Notes under the pieces: model-generated
What the model was told of the DNA's origin: nothing
What the model saw: only the letters and a program-made list of their open reading frames with translations
Database searches by the model: none
Shown: one piece after another, positions 42,915-54,032 of the stretch
Numbering within the stretch: the stretch's first letter is position 1
How the letters are laid out: every line of letters begins with the position of its first letter
Translations under genes and position numbers: made by a program
NCBI GenBank assembly: GCA_045807805.1
Contig: JBJMGR010000196.1
Coordinates: 189-64,188, forward strand
DNA from: Pyrinomonadaceae bacterium
GTDB taxonomy: Bacteria > Acidobacteriota > Blastocatellia > Pyrinomonadales > Pyrinomonadaceae
Reading direction: 5' to 3'
Length of the DNA stretch: 64,000 nucleotides

Positions 42915-43634
42915 TTACTTCGACGCGTTCTTGCGGCGGCGGCGCACGGCGGCCGCGACGCCGGAGATGCCCGTGCCGAGCAGAATCATCGTCGCCGGTT
43001 CGGGGACGGTGGACTGCTGCGCGCCGGTGACCTGTCCCGTCAGCGAGACGGTCTGGCCCGGATCAATCGAAACGTCGTTGACGCTGAAGGAGAACGAGCC
43101 GTTGCCGCAGGTCGTCTGGCCCGCTGAAGGCGGCTGCGCCTCGGGGTTCGGCTCGCAGTTCGGGTCGCTGAAGGTGAAAAGGATCGGGGTGTTGTTGAAG
43201 TCTACGAAGACGCCCCCCGTATTGTCGCTGCGTACGGTGCCCGTGATAGTCGCCGTGAAGGTCGCCTGATTCGAGCCCGCGATGCCCTGCGGCGCGGTGA
43301 ACGTCACCTGAAGCGTGAACGGCGTGTTGTAAGTCTGCGGCGCGGTGCTCAGGGAGATCGAGCCGAGGTTGTTGAAGTTCGACCCCGGATTGGCGTTGCC
43401 GCCGAGGGCGCGGAAGCCGTTGGCGGTCGTACCCGAGAAGGTCGAGTTGCTGTAGCTCAGTCCGCCTGACGTGGCGGACGCGCCGGGCGCGCAGGCAGCG
43501 CCGAAGCAGCCGTTGGTGAAGCCCGCGACGAACACCTCGTCGGCCCGCGCCACGCCCTGCGCCAGCGTGAAGAAGGCGAAGGCGAAGACGCCCAGCGCGA
43601 GCGGCTTTACCATCGCTAGAATGCGGTTAGTCAT
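42915..43634 (-). CDS. PEP-CTERM sorting-domain secreted protein
   Basis: ATG at 43634 with GGAGGAAAAAT upstream. Signal peptide MTNRILAMVKPLALGVFAFAFFTLAQGVARA. C-terminus VPEPATMILLGTGISGVAAAVRRRRK. Confidence 0.8.
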   Translation of the reverse strand: MTNRILAMVKPLALGVFAFAFFTLAQGVARADEVFVAGFTNGCFGAACAPGASATSGGLSYSNSTFSGTTANGFRALGGNANPGSNFNNLGSISLSTAPQTYNTPFTLQVTFTAPQGIAGSNQATFTATITGTVRSDNTGGVFVDFNNTPILFTFSDPNCEPNPEAQPPSAGQTTCGNGSFSFSVNDVSIDPGQTVSLTGQVTGAQQSTVPEPATMILLGTGISGVAAAVRRRRKNASK

Positions 43635-44017
43635 ATTTTTCCTCCGTCGTTCCTTGTCCGAGACCTTGTTCTTAATGCACTCCGTCTTCTTCTTACGAGT
43701 CGCAGCGGGCGGGGCTCGCACGCTGCTGTTTGCGTGGCGGCTGGCGTCAATCCACACGTTCAATGACGCCGCTCTATATAAAGACCTTAGCGAGGGCCTT
43801 TATCTTTTTCCGGTCGAAGGGCGGGGGCAAAACCGCAATTCGCCGAAAGAAATTTTCAACCAAACTGGAGTCTTGCGAATCCAGTAAAAGCCTAATAGAC
43901 CGACACTTTCAGGAATGTGGAAGAGAATTTAGCCACTTCCAGTGAAATTGTAAAGAGAAATCTTCGTTACGGCGGGCCGCACGGCCGCGAAAAGCGTCGG
44001 CCGCCCATGCCGCAGAC

Positions 44018-44722
44018 TTAGACTTTTCCGTCCCTCTTCGCCTTCGAGCGCCTGCGCGCGCGGGCCGCGACGCCTACCAGTCCGGTTCCGAGCAGGAACA
44101 TCGTGGTCGGCTCGGGGACGGCCGCGGGGCCCTGGCCCAGCTTGAAGTTGGTGAAGGAGCCCGTGTCGTCGCTCGTGCTCGCGAAGAGGCCGAGACGAAG
44201 GTTCGGGTCGCTCAGGTATGCGGCCTGCAACTGTGCGGCCTGGTCTGCCGTCAGTGCGAAGACGCGGTCGCCGTGGCCCTGCCCGTTCGCCTCGTTGCCG
44301 AAGTGTATCGGCGCGACGAGCGAGCCCTGGAAGAGAACCTGCCCGTTCGAGCCGTAGGCCGTCAGCGTAAGCTGATTGAGCGTAAGGTCGTTGTCCGGGT
44401 CTTCCGTGTCCATGAAGATGCGCAACTGCCCGGCGTTGGAGACGCCGGCATCCGCGAAGGTGAGCGTCTTCGAGTGCTCGCCGCGCTTCGCGTCCCCAGA
44501 GAGCATGTCCTTGTTGCCGTTCCAGCTCACGCCGCCCGCCGCGTTGCTCGTGCTTCCGGGCGACTGTATGGAAAGGATGGATTCGGGCGTGTGCCCGACG
44601 CCTCCGCTCGGGGCGGTCGCTCCGGGCAGGTAGATGATGTCCGCGCGCGTGCTTCCGGCCGTGAGGCCGACAAAGATGAGGGCCGCGATGCCCAGCAGAA
44701 AGCTTCTCACGTGTCTTGTCAT
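44018..44722 (-). CDS. PEP-CTERM sorting-domain secreted protein
   Basis: Signal peptide MTRHVRSFLLGIAALIFVGLTAGSTRA. C-terminus VPEPTTMFLLGTGLVGVAARARRRSK. The start is taken at ATG 44722. Confidence 0.8.
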   Translation of the reverse strand: MTRHVRSFLLGIAALIFVGLTAGSTRADIIYLPGATAPSGGVGHTPESILSIQSPGSTSNAAGGVSWNGNKDMLSGDAKRGEHSKTLTFADAGVSNAGQLRIFMDTEDPDNDLTLNQLTLTAYGSNGQVLFQGSLVAPIHFGNEANGQGHGDRVFALTADQAAQLQAAYLSDPNLRLGLFASTSDDTGSFTNFKLGQGPAAVPEPTTMFLLGTGLVGVAARARRRSKAKRDGKV

Positions 44723-44908
44723 CTCGAATTGTCCCCCTCTGATGCTCGCCAAAATGTCCGCAGTCGAACCGAGACCGGGCGGTTTTCCCGAATAACGGAA
44801 AAGAGCCCCAGTTACACTTCAGGGCGGCCCGCGGTCGATTATTCTTCAGTGTGAACTGTGGACAATCGCAATCGGGGCGTTCTTCCAGAATCGACGGATG
44901 AAATGCGA

Positions 44909-44942
44909 GAGGCCGGGGACGACGCTCATCGTCCCCGGCCTC
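44909..44942 (-). terminator. 14-bp GC hairpin downstream of the third PEP-CTERM gene (weak U-tract)
   Basis: gaggccggggacga (44909-44922) pairs with tcgtccccggcctc (44929-44942). Confidence 0.4.
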
Positions 44943-45003
44943 GCTTTGCTCTGAGGGCGTCGCGTTCGGGCGCGCCCTGCCGTAGCCTGTTTAGTCCGTG
45001 CGT

Positions 45004-45645
45004 CTAGGCTTTGCCGTTGCGGCGCTTTCGCGCGCGGGCCGCGACGCCCGCGAGGCCGGTGCCGAAGAGAATCATCGTCATCGGCTCGGGGACGCTGCCG
45101 GGGGTGCCGGGGCCAGCCGCCACGTCGCTGCCGCCGCCGTTAACCGCCTGGAAGCGCGCGAAGATGGAGCGCGCTATCTGGTCAGCCGTCAGGCCGGAGA
45201 AGTCGCCCGAGATGGAGAAGGTTGCGCTCGTGCCGCCGGCGATGCCGTTGTTAACGCTGCCGCCGCCGAAGGTCGGGTTGCCGTTGGTCTTGTCTATCAG
45301 CACGAGGTCGAAGCTGGAGACAAGATTCTGCGCGCCTGCGGTCGCATTCAGGTCGTAAACAAGCGAATAGTTCGGGTTGGACGAAGAGACGAGTGTGTAG
45401 TTATTCGGGCGCGAGCCGGGTAGGGCGAAGCCGATGTTGGTTATCGTGCCCGTCGAGCCCGGAGCGACCGAGGTGTTGTTGATGGTGAAGGTGAACGTGT
45501 TTCCGCTCAGTGAGTAGTTCGTGACCGTCGCCGTGACGCCGGTGCCATTGATGCCGGTCAGCGTGATGGTGTCGGCGCGCGCCACCGAACTCAGTGCGAA
45601 CATCGCGATTGCGGCCGCGGTCGTGAGCAAAGCTTTTCTGAACAT
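45004..45645 (-). CDS. PEP-CTERM sorting-domain secreted protein
   Basis: Signal peptide MFRKALLTTAAAIAMFALSSVARA. C-terminus VPEPMTMILFGTGLAGVAARARKRR. The start is taken at ATG 45645. Confidence 0.8.
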   Translation of the reverse strand: MFRKALLTTAAAIAMFALSSVARADTITLTGINGTGVTATVTNYSLSGNTFTFTINNTSVAPGSTGTITNIGFALPGSRPNNYTLVSSSNPNYSLVYDLNATAGAQNLVSSFDLVLIDKTNGNPTFGGGSVNNGIAGGTSATFSISGDFSGLTADQIARSIFARFQAVNGGGSDVAAGPGTPGSVPEPMTMILFGTGLAGVAARARKRRNGKA

Positions 45646-45846
45646 GATTATCTTGATTCCCCCGTCGAAATTTTTATGCCGAAGTCCTGTAACGCTTTGT
45701 GAGCGCGAACGGCCGGAGCAAAAGAACGGCTTCGAGGCTCGGACGCCTGTGACAGTCTCTCCTGTCGAGGTCTTGTCAGTGCTTCGACCCATCAGGAGAA
45801 GACTCGTAATGCGAAGGTTTTTCCACCAAAACTGAAAGTGGGGTGA

Positions 45847-45875
45847 TTAATATCAGCAATCCGCCGAAAGGTCAA
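45847..45875 (-). promoter_or_regulatory. putative sigma70-type promoter for the PEP-CTERM gene at 45645
   Basis: On the minus strand: TTGACC, 17-bp spacer, extended -10 TGaTATTAA. It implies a roughly 195 nt leader. Confidence 0.4.
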
Positions 45876-45907
45876 CGACGAAGGGCAACTTTCCGAGCGC
45901 GTGCGCT

Positions 45908-47722
45908 TTAAGACCTGCGCCGCGAGAGCAGGCGCGTGAAGCGGCCGACGACGGCGCGCGACTCGGGGAGGCCCCACGCGGACGTGAGCGCGAAGTAGAG
46001 AAGCCCGTACGGCGTGAGCACGAGCACGGCGAGCAGGATGGGGTGGAGGGGACCGAGCAGGAGCCTTATGCCCCACGCCACGGCCGCGCTCGCCGCGGCC
46101 GATACCCAGAGCTTCGAGACGTACGAGAAGGGAATCCCCGTCCAGCCGATGCGTCGGTTCAGCCCGCGCCTGAGCAGCGCGAACTCAACCCATCCCGCTA
46201 TCCCTGCGGAGGCCGTAAGTCCGACCGCGCCCCACTGTCGCGGTATGCCGAGCGCGTCCGGCAGCGGCAGAGAGAAGAGGTAGCCGAGCGCGGTCGTCAG
46301 GAAGACGCGCGCGACGGCGTAGCGAAGGGGCGTGCGCGTGTCGTGGAGCGCGTAGTAGGTCGAGGCGTAGAGACGGCCGAGCGTCGAGGCGAGGAGCCCG
46401 ACGGAGGAGCCAGCGAGGATGGCCCAGACGTAGACGGTGTCGGAGCGCCCGAACTTTCCGTTCTGGTAGAGCGCGCCCGCCATCACGTCGCCGAGCGCGA
46501 GGAAGCCCATCGAGGACGGCACGATGAAGACGGCTATCTGCCGTAGGCCCGCGTCGAGTCGCGCGCGGAGCTTTTCGGCTATGGCCGACTGGTCGCCCGT
46601 CGCGCTCGACATTTCGGGAAGCTCAGCGGCCGAGACCGAGATGCCGAAGAGGCTGACGGGCAGCGTGTAGAGGCTCTGCGCGTAGCCGAGCGCGGCGACC
46701 GCGCCCGTGCCGAGCCAGCTCGCGAGCCAAGCGTCCACGAACGCGCTTATCTGCACGACGCCGCGGCTGACGAAGACGGGCACGAAGTTCCGTAGCACAG
46801 TCCGCACGTGAGTGTTGCCGACGCCGAGCGCGGGCCGCACGCGCCGGAGCAGTCTCAGAACGGTCGGGAGTTGTACGGCGAACTGTAGCGCGCTGCCCAC
46901 GACCGAGCCCCACGCGGCGAATGCCGCGACGCGGCCCCACACGCCCAGATCGGAGAGCGGCACGCGGCGCGAGGGCCAGCCCGCCCACGCGAGCGCCGCG
47001 ATGAGCGTGAGGTTCCAGACGACGGGCGCGGTGTAAGAGAGGAAGAAGCGTCGGTGGCTGTTCAGCACGCCGAGGCACCACGCGGAGAGTACGAGCAGTC
47101 CGGCGCCGGGGAAGAAGATGCGCACGAGCTGTTCGGTGAGCGCACGCTTCTCGCCCGAGAAGCCGGGCGCGATTGCGTTGATGAGGAGCGAAGTCGAGAG
47201 CACGCCCGCGAGAACTAAGATTGAGACGACGAGCGCGAGCAGCGTGAAGACAGACCAGGCGACCCGGTCTGCCTCCTCCTCGTCATCTTGCGCGAGCAGC
47301 TTCGCGTAGACGGGGATGAAAGAGGCCGAGAGCGCGCCCTCGCCGAAGACGTTCTGTAGGAAGTTCGGGATGCGGAACGCCGCGTTGAAGGCGTCCATCG
47401 CGTCGGAGTTGCCGAGGAAGTATGCGAAGACGCGCTGCCTTACGACGCCGACGATGCGGCTCAGCAGAATCCCTGCGCCGACGAGGAACGCGCCGCGGCC
47501 CGTGCTTTGAGTTCGCCGCTTGTCCGACTTTGTCGGCAGCCTTTCGGCGAGAGGCTTGTCCGCGACCCCCTCGCCGCTCGCCGCGCCGAAGGTGGAGAGG
47601 GTTTCGCCCGCCACCTGGTCAGACTCCCCACGCTCGTCCCTCGGGTCTTCAACGCCGCGTTTCGTGCGGCCATCTTCGTCTATGCTCATCGGTCGAAAGT
47701 CTACGCGCGGGCCCTGTCTCAA
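45908..47722 (-). CDS. murJ: lipid II flippase MurJ (MviN) with an N-terminal cytoplasmic extension
   Basis: LLSRIVGVVRQRVFAYFLGNSDAMDAFNAAFRIPNFLQNVFGEGALSASFIPVYAKLL plus about 14 TM segments. An alternative start is at ATG 47689. Confidence 0.85.
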   Translation of the reverse strand: MRQGPRVDFRPMSIDEDGRTKRGVEDPRDERGESDQVAGETLSTFGAASGEGVADKPLAERLPTKSDKRRTQSTGRGAFLVGAGILLSRIVGVVRQRVFAYFLGNSDAMDAFNAAFRIPNFLQNVFGEGALSASFIPVYAKLLAQDDEEEADRVAWSVFTLLALVVSILVLAGVLSTSLLINAIAPGFSGEKRALTEQLVRIFFPGAGLLVLSAWCLGVLNSHRRFFLSYTAPVVWNLTLIAALAWAGWPSRRVPLSDLGVWGRVAAFAAWGSVVGSALQFAVQLPTVLRLLRRVRPALGVGNTHVRTVLRNFVPVFVSRGVVQISAFVDAWLASWLGTGAVAALGYAQSLYTLPVSLFGISVSAAELPEMSSATGDQSAIAEKLRARLDAGLRQIAVFIVPSSMGFLALGDVMAGALYQNGKFGRSDTVYVWAILAGSSVGLLASTLGRLYASTYYALHDTRTPLRYAVARVFLTTALGYLFSLPLPDALGIPRQWGAVGLTASAGIAGWVEFALLRRGLNRRIGWTGIPFSYVSKLWVSAAASAAVAWGIRLLLGPLHPILLAVLVLTPYGLLYFALTSAWGLPESRAVVGRFTRLLSRRRS

Positions 47723-47799
47723 ATCCTCAACTCTTATTGACGGCCTCGCCCCGTCATCTATTAACGCGCATGCTTCGCGTCGAAGTTCCGCCTTCGTTA

Positions 47800-49173
<1,374 letters not shown>

Positions 49174-49180
49174 CGAATAA

Positions 49181-49324
49181 AAGTGATGAGTGATAAGTCG
49201 TTAAGTTACAAGTTCCGGGTTGCAGGTTCAAAGTTGGAAGGCGGCGGGTGTGCTCTTAACTTTGAACTTGCAACCCGGAACTTGGAACTCCGTGTCCCTT
49301 CTCATCACCCATCACTTATCACTT
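49181..49324. repeat. CAAAGTT-class heptamer hairpin (copy 5) nested inside GATAAGT-class outer arms
   Basis: Outer arm aagtgatgagtgataagt (49181-49198) pairs with ctcatcacccatcacttatcactt (49301-49324). The inner element spans 49200-49288 with loop ggaaggcggcgggtgtgctct. Confidence 0.85.
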
Positions 49325-49429
49325 CTACGGAGGGGCGTGTCAAGCGCGGCGTCGCAAGGAAAGGGGAGAGGGCGCGCGTCCTTCGCCGGACGCGCGCCCT
49401 CTCATTGTTCCGACAGGGCCGGGGCCGAC

Positions 49430-51163
49430 TCAGTATTCGCTGATGCCGAGAACCCTGTTGCCCATCGTGCTCATCGCGTTGGAGACGGCCGAGGAGCTGT
49501 ACTGTACGGTGGAGTTGCCGCCGCCGCTCGTCGAGTAGCTAGGCGCGAGGAACGGGTGCGCCGTGCCGTTCTCCGAAGAGGGCCACGTGCGCGCGAACTT
49601 CGCGACGACGATGGCACCGAGGATGTCGCCGTTGCCGCCGCCGTTGCGGTCGAGGTTGCCGTCGCCGAGGACGAGTATGACGCCGTTCCAATTCGCGTTG
49701 CCGCCCATCGTGAGTGTGCCCGTGACGACGAGCAGGCCCGCGCCGTCGCTCACGTTGGCGTTGCCGTCAACGAAGGTGAACTTCGGGGCGGAGGTGGTGC
49801 CCACGTCCGAAGGCGAGCCGGTGAAGTAGCGGCCCGCGCTCTTGGCCTGCGCCGCGAGGTCTACGAGCAGTGCGCGCGCCTGATCGGGGTCTCGCAGCCA
49901 AGGCATGAGGTCGCTGTCGGGGACGACGGCCGTCTGCCCCTGCGGGTTGGTCGTCACCGTCGAAGGCTTGCTGTTGGAGACGACGGTGGACGCCTGCGTG
50001 TTGTTGCCCGCGCAGGTCGTGCCGATGACGGGGAGCGAGGTCAGCGGCGGAGTGGACGCGTCGTTGCCGCTGTAGTTCTTCGCGTTGCTCTGGCCGATGT
50101 CGAAGTTGCCCATGTCCGAGCAGTCGGCCGCGCCGCGCATCAGGAGCGTCGAGCGCGGGTTGAAGTCGAACATCGTGCGGCTGACCAGTATCTGCATCTT
50201 CTTGACGGCGTTGCGCGGCCCGTAGCCCGTGACCTTGACGCGCAGGCGCTTCGGCTCGGGCGCGGTGATGGTCGCGGAGAGGGGCACGGCCGTCGTGTTG
50301 ATGATCGAGGCCGTCGTGGGGAGCGTGTAGACGACGCCGTCGAGCGAGTAGGAGGTCGAGGGGAAGGTGACGGTGAGCGCGCCCGTCCATCCGGCCGCGG
50401 ACTTCACGACCGCGCCGCTTATCGAGCAGGCGGTCGCCTTGGTCGAATTCCACGGCCCCGTCTGCGAGACGGTGAGGGCGAAGCTCTCGTTCAGCAGCGT
50501 GTATGTGCCGTTCGCGGTGGCGGACATGGTGAAGGTGCCGAGGTTGGTCGCGCCCGACGTGGAGGCGTAGACGGTCGTGGAGCCGCGCGGCGTGTAGGTC
50601 AGCGTCATCGTGCCCGCGCTCGTCGAGCTGGTGACGGTCTTCGCGGAGGTGTTGTCGCTGAACTTGCCCGAGGTGGAGAAGACGATTATGTCCGAGCTGT
50701 CCGGGTCTTTGACCTCCTCCACGGCGAAGGCCATCCCCGAGCCCGCGGTGTAGTTGGTGCTCAAGGGGACGGCGGATGTTCCGTCGGAGGCCGTGGCGCT
50801 GTAGTTGAGCCAGCGGCTCAGGCGTGCCTTCGTCGACGAGTCCGACTGCGCGTTCGACTGCGAGAGCGTGACGGCCTTGCGGAAGCTTATCTTGTTGGCG
50901 GCGTCCGTGACGGTCGCGTTGAAGAGCGGAGTCGGGGCGGCGTTGCCGCGCAGGACGCCCATCACGGCCTGCGTCCCGGCCTCGGCCGCGTAGTATGCCT
51001 GCGACTCGGAGGTCGAGTCGGCGGCGTTCTTCATCGTGTTGGATGTCACGGTGACGAGCCCGAGGCCCGCCATCAGGATGAGCATCGCCATCAGCGTGAC
51101 CGTTATGAGCGCCGCGCCGCGCTCGGAGTCGCGTGCAGAGAGGGCCTTAGTTTGCTTCCCCAT
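49430..51163 (-). CDS. pilX: PilX-like type IV pilus minor pilin / assembly protein (large)
   Basis: N-terminal ERGAALITVTLMAMLILMAGLGLVTVT...ESQAYYAAEAG (PilX N-terminal type) followed by about 500 aa of Thr/Ser/Gly/Asn-rich beta-like sequence. Confidence 0.7.
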   Translation of the reverse strand: MGKQTKALSARDSERGAALITVTLMAMLILMAGLGLVTVTSNTMKNAADSTSESQAYYAAEAGTQAVMGVLRGNAAPTPLFNATVTDAANKISFRKAVTLSQSNAQSDSSTKARLSRWLNYSATASDGTSAVPLSTNYTAGSGMAFAVEEVKDPDSSDIIVFSTSGKFSDNTSAKTVTSSTSAGTMTLTYTPRGSTTVYASTSGATNLGTFTMSATANGTYTLLNESFALTVSQTGPWNSTKATACSISGAVVKSAAGWTGALTVTFPSTSYSLDGVVYTLPTTASIINTTAVPLSATITAPEPKRLRVKVTGYGPRNAVKKMQILVSRTMFDFNPRSTLLMRGAADCSDMGNFDIGQSNAKNYSGNDASTPPLTSLPVIGTTCAGNNTQASTVVSNSKPSTVTTNPQGQTAVVPDSDLMPWLRDPDQARALLVDLAAQAKSAGRYFTGSPSDVGTTSAPKFTFVDGNANVSDGAGLLVVTGTLTMGGNANWNGVILVLGDGNLDRNGGGNGDILGAIVVAKFARTWPSSENGTAHPFLAPSYSTSGGGNSTVQYSSSAVSNAMSTMGNRVLGISEY

Positions 51164-51175
51164 AACTTCTCCCCG

Positions 51176-51904
51176 TCAGTAGTTGTATAGGTCTGCGTTG
51201 CGCAGCGATACGTCGGAGACGAGCTGCACGCGCGAGGCGGGCTGGTAGCCCGTCGAGCCCACGGTGCCGACCGCGGGGAGCTGCACGCAGAGCGCGATGA
51301 CGACGAACTTCGCGTCGCTCTTGGCGGCGACCTCGGTCACACCGCTCGCGGGCGTGATGTCGCAGTCCGCCTGCGTGTAGTCGATGCGGTCGGAGTAGTA
51401 GCGTATGACGAGCGAGTCCACGCGGTTGGCGAGGATGGTCGTCCTCGCGCCCGTGTTCACATCGAGGCGGATGATGTAGCTGTCGCCGCCGCTCGTGTAG
51501 AGCACGTACTTCACGTCCTCGTCGCTGTCCGTGACGGCGTTGCTCGAAGTCTGCCCCTCGAAGGCGTTGAGGTTGGCGCGGACGCGTATGGAGGAGGAGG
51601 TCGAGTCGGCGGCGACGATACCGTTGCCCGCGAGGCCGAAGCCCGAGTTGGCTACCTCGCGCGACATGACGTAGAGGGCGCGCTGCGCGTCGGCCAGCGC
51701 CTCGGACTTCTGGTTCTCGCGCGTACGCGTCTTGAACGAGCCCGCGATGAGGCTGCTCGCCAAGGCCGTGATGACGAGCGTCACCGCCATCGCCAACATC
51801 AGCTCGACGAGCGAAAAGCCCGCCTCACGTCCGTCCTTCCGTTTGTGCTCCTGCATCTGACTCCTCATGCGGGCGCGCTCGTTCGCGCCCTCAGTAGTAC
51901 GCAC
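51176..51904 (-). CDS. pilW: PilW-like type IV minor pilin
   Basis: Prepilin-type N-terminal methylation motif GFSLVELMLAMAVTLVITALASSLI. Confidence 0.7.
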   Translation of the reverse strand: MRTTEGANERARMRSQMQEHKRKDGREAGFSLVELMLAMAVTLVITALASSLIAGSFKTRTRENQKSEALADAQRALYVMSREVANSGFGLAGNGIVAADSTSSSIRVRANLNAFEGQTSSNAVTDSDEDVKYVLYTSGGDSYIIRLDVNTGARTTILANRVDSLVIRYYSDRIDYTQADCDITPASGVTEVAAKSDAKFVVIALCVQLPAVGTVGSTGYQPASRVQLVSDVSLRNADLYNY

Positions 51905-52334
51905 CTGTGCTCATGCTGCTGCGCAGCGTCATGAGCGTCACGGCGTTGAGCGACCATGCCTTGCCCGCGCTCGCGGGCGTCACGGTCACGGTCACCCTCT
52001 TGACGGCGGTGCTCCCGCCGCATGCGGCCGTGCCGTCGTTGCAGACGGCGACGGCGACGGTGAAGTTGCGGCCCGCGCTCGCGACCGTCTGCGTCGAGTC
52101 GGCAAGGCTGTCGTACGAGGTCTTGCGCAGCGACTCCATCTGCTTCTGCGCGAGCGCCTGAGCCACGGCGCGGTCGTTCGCGCCCGCGTTGTACTTGACC
52201 GAGTAGATGAAGAGCGAGGTGGCGGCGAGCCCCGCCACCATCAGCACGACCATCGCTATCGAAGTCTCGATCAGCGTGAAGCCGCGTTCATCGCGCGCGC
52301 GTCTCTCGTTACCTTTCATCATCGTCCCTTCCAT
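51891..52334 (-). CDS. pilV: PilV-like type IV minor pilin
   Basis: Prepilin motif ERGFTLIETSIAMVVLMVAGLAATSL. It overlaps pilW by 14 nt. Confidence 0.7.
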   Translation of the reverse strand: MEGTMMKGNERRARDERGFTLIETSIAMVVLMVAGLAATSLFIYSVKYNAGANDRAVAQALAQKQMESLRKTSYDSLADSTQTVASAGRNFTVAVAVCNDGTAACGGSTAVKRVTVTVTPASAGKAWSLNAVTLMTLRSSMSTGAYY

Positions 52335-52336
52335 CT

Positions 52337-53311
52337 CTACTTAACCACCGTCACGTTGACGGTGACGGGGCTGCAATTCGAGAACTCGAACTTGATGGGG
52401 AACGTCCCCGTGGAGTTGTTGTTCGACTTGACGGTGTAGCCGACCGTGCCGCCGCTCGAAGACGTGATGGTCTGCGAGTAGGACGTGGTGAGCGTCAGGT
52501 TCGAGCTGACCGTCGTGACAATGCTGCCGGGCTGGTTGACGATGACCGAGAGCGAGGCCGTGCCGCCGCCCCTCCTCTGTAGGTTGCTTATAGAGGTGGG
52601 GCTCGCCGTGAGCGAGCAGGGCGGGTCTTCGGGCGTGGCCTCGGGAGTCGCCGTCGGAGTCGCCGTCGGAGTCGGAGTCGGCGTCGGCGTCGCGGAGTTC
52701 GTGCCGCATGGGGAGAGGTTGAGCTTCGTGTCCGTGCCCGTGAGCGTCGCCGAGGGGTTAACGTCGCTCGTCGCGTTGACGTTCGCGTAAGTGACCGTGG
52801 GCAGGCCCGTGATGGCCGAGTTGACGGTGATATCGCCCGAGCCCGCTATCTGCACGATGAGCTGCTCGCTGCGCGCGTTCTTCATGCGGAAGAGCATGTT
52901 GCACTCGTACGTGCGACCGCGCCAGTCGAAGTCTGCGTATGGAAGGTCGTCGCTCGTCGAGGCCATCGCCGCGCCGTTCGCGTCGGTAAGGACGACTCCC
53001 GAGTCGAGCGTGAAGGCGCGCGTCTCGCCCGTCCCGTCGCCGGTGAAGTCCATCGTGACCTCGTAGGTGTTCGGGCCTGTGAACTCGATGTGGGTCGTCG
53101 TGCGCCGCCTTATCGCGTCGAGCCGCGCCTTCTCGGCGTACTGCGCGAAGTCGCGCGCAGAGGTGTTCAGGCTCGATGTGGCGCGCGCCGAGCGGATGCC
53201 GAAGACGGCCATTCCGGAGATGATGCCGGTGATGCCGAGCACGACAAGAAGCTGTAAGAGGCTGAAGCCGCGCTCGCCGGAGCGCCGTCCATGTTCTGCC
53301 GAAGGGGACAC
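52337..53311 (-). CDS. fimT: FimT/GspH-like minor pilin with a Pro/Thr linker and an extra C-terminal domain
   Basis: GTG start at 53311, preceded by GGAGG 11 nt upstream. Prepilin motif ERGFSLLQLLVVLGITGIISGMAV. Linker TPTPTPTPTATPTATPEATPEDPP. The track ORF extends to 53482. Confidence 0.65.
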   Translation of the reverse strand: MSPSAEHGRRSGERGFSLLQLLVVLGITGIISGMAVFGIRSARATSSLNTSARDFAQYAEKARLDAIRRRTTTHIEFTGPNTYEVTMDFTGDGTGETRAFTLDSGVVLTDANGAAMASTSDDLPYADFDWRGRTYECNMLFRMKNARSEQLIVQIAGSGDITVNSAITGLPTVTYANVNATSDVNPSATLTGTDTKLNLSPCGTNSATPTPTPTPTATPTATPEATPEDPPCSLTASPTSISNLQRRGGGTASLSVIVNQPGSIVTTVSSNLTLTTSYSQTITSSSGGTVGYTVKSNNNSTGTFPIKFEFSNCSPVTVNVTVVK

Positions 53312-53398
53312 AGTCTTTTTAAACCTCCGTCGGGCGACTGACTCGTTCACGGGGCGTAGCACGCGTCGCGCCGCGACTCCCGCTGCCCACGCGTTGGG

Positions 53399-53413
53399 GC
53401 AACGTGCGTGCCG
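53399..53413 (-). promoter_or_regulatory. sigma54 (-24/-12) promoter of the minor-pilin operon
   Basis: The minus strand reads cGGCACGcacgTTGC. This matches TGGCACG-N4-TTGC with correct GG/GC spacing, about 88 nt upstream of the fimT-like GTG. Confidence 0.55.
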
Positions 53414-53946
53414 CCGCGCCGCGCGTGCGATTTCCTTCGGATAAGGGGTGTAAGCGCGGCGACGCGCGCCGTCGCGCGCCATCGGCTGTCACCGCGGGTA
53501 ACACGGAGGGAAGCGCGCTTCACATCGCGCGCGAGTTTCGGATGGGCCTCGAAGTTGAGAAGGCGGTTACATAGTCACTGTCACCGACGGCCACAACTCG
53601 CGCGCGATACGTGGGCGCGGCGCGTTGCGTCGGCGCGGCTTCGCGTTCGTCGCACGAGGCCATACGCGCCGCGAAACGGGGCCGCCGAGCCGTCGCCGCC
53701 TGCGTTGGTCTATGAGTTGCTCTAGTGAGGTTGCGTCCGCGCGCGAACGGCCCGAGGCCGCGTGCGCGAGGCTGACGCGGAGTTCGTGTGGGAAGGTTTG
53801 CGGTGCGGCGTCGCTCTCGGGCGCTCTCTCATCCGACTCGCTCAGGCACGACGAGAATCGCCGCGCGCGCCCGGTCCGCACATCGGGCATGCGTAGCGAG
53901 GAGCGCCCCGGCCGGTCGCCGAGCCGCCGGGGCGCGTTAGTTTGGG

Positions 53947-54031
53947 GGCAGAAGGCAGAAGGCAGAAAGCAGAAGGCAGTCAAGGCGCACTCGCTTTTGA
54001 CTGCCTTCTGCCTTCTGCCTTCTCTGCCTTC
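53947..54031. repeat. heptamer-periodic hairpin element, GCAGAAG word class
   Basis: ggcagaaggcagaaggcagaaagcagaaggcag (53947-53979) pairs with ctgccttctgccttctgccttctctgccttc (54001-54031). It abuts the dacB stop codon. Confidence 0.85.
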
Positions 54032-54032
54032 T

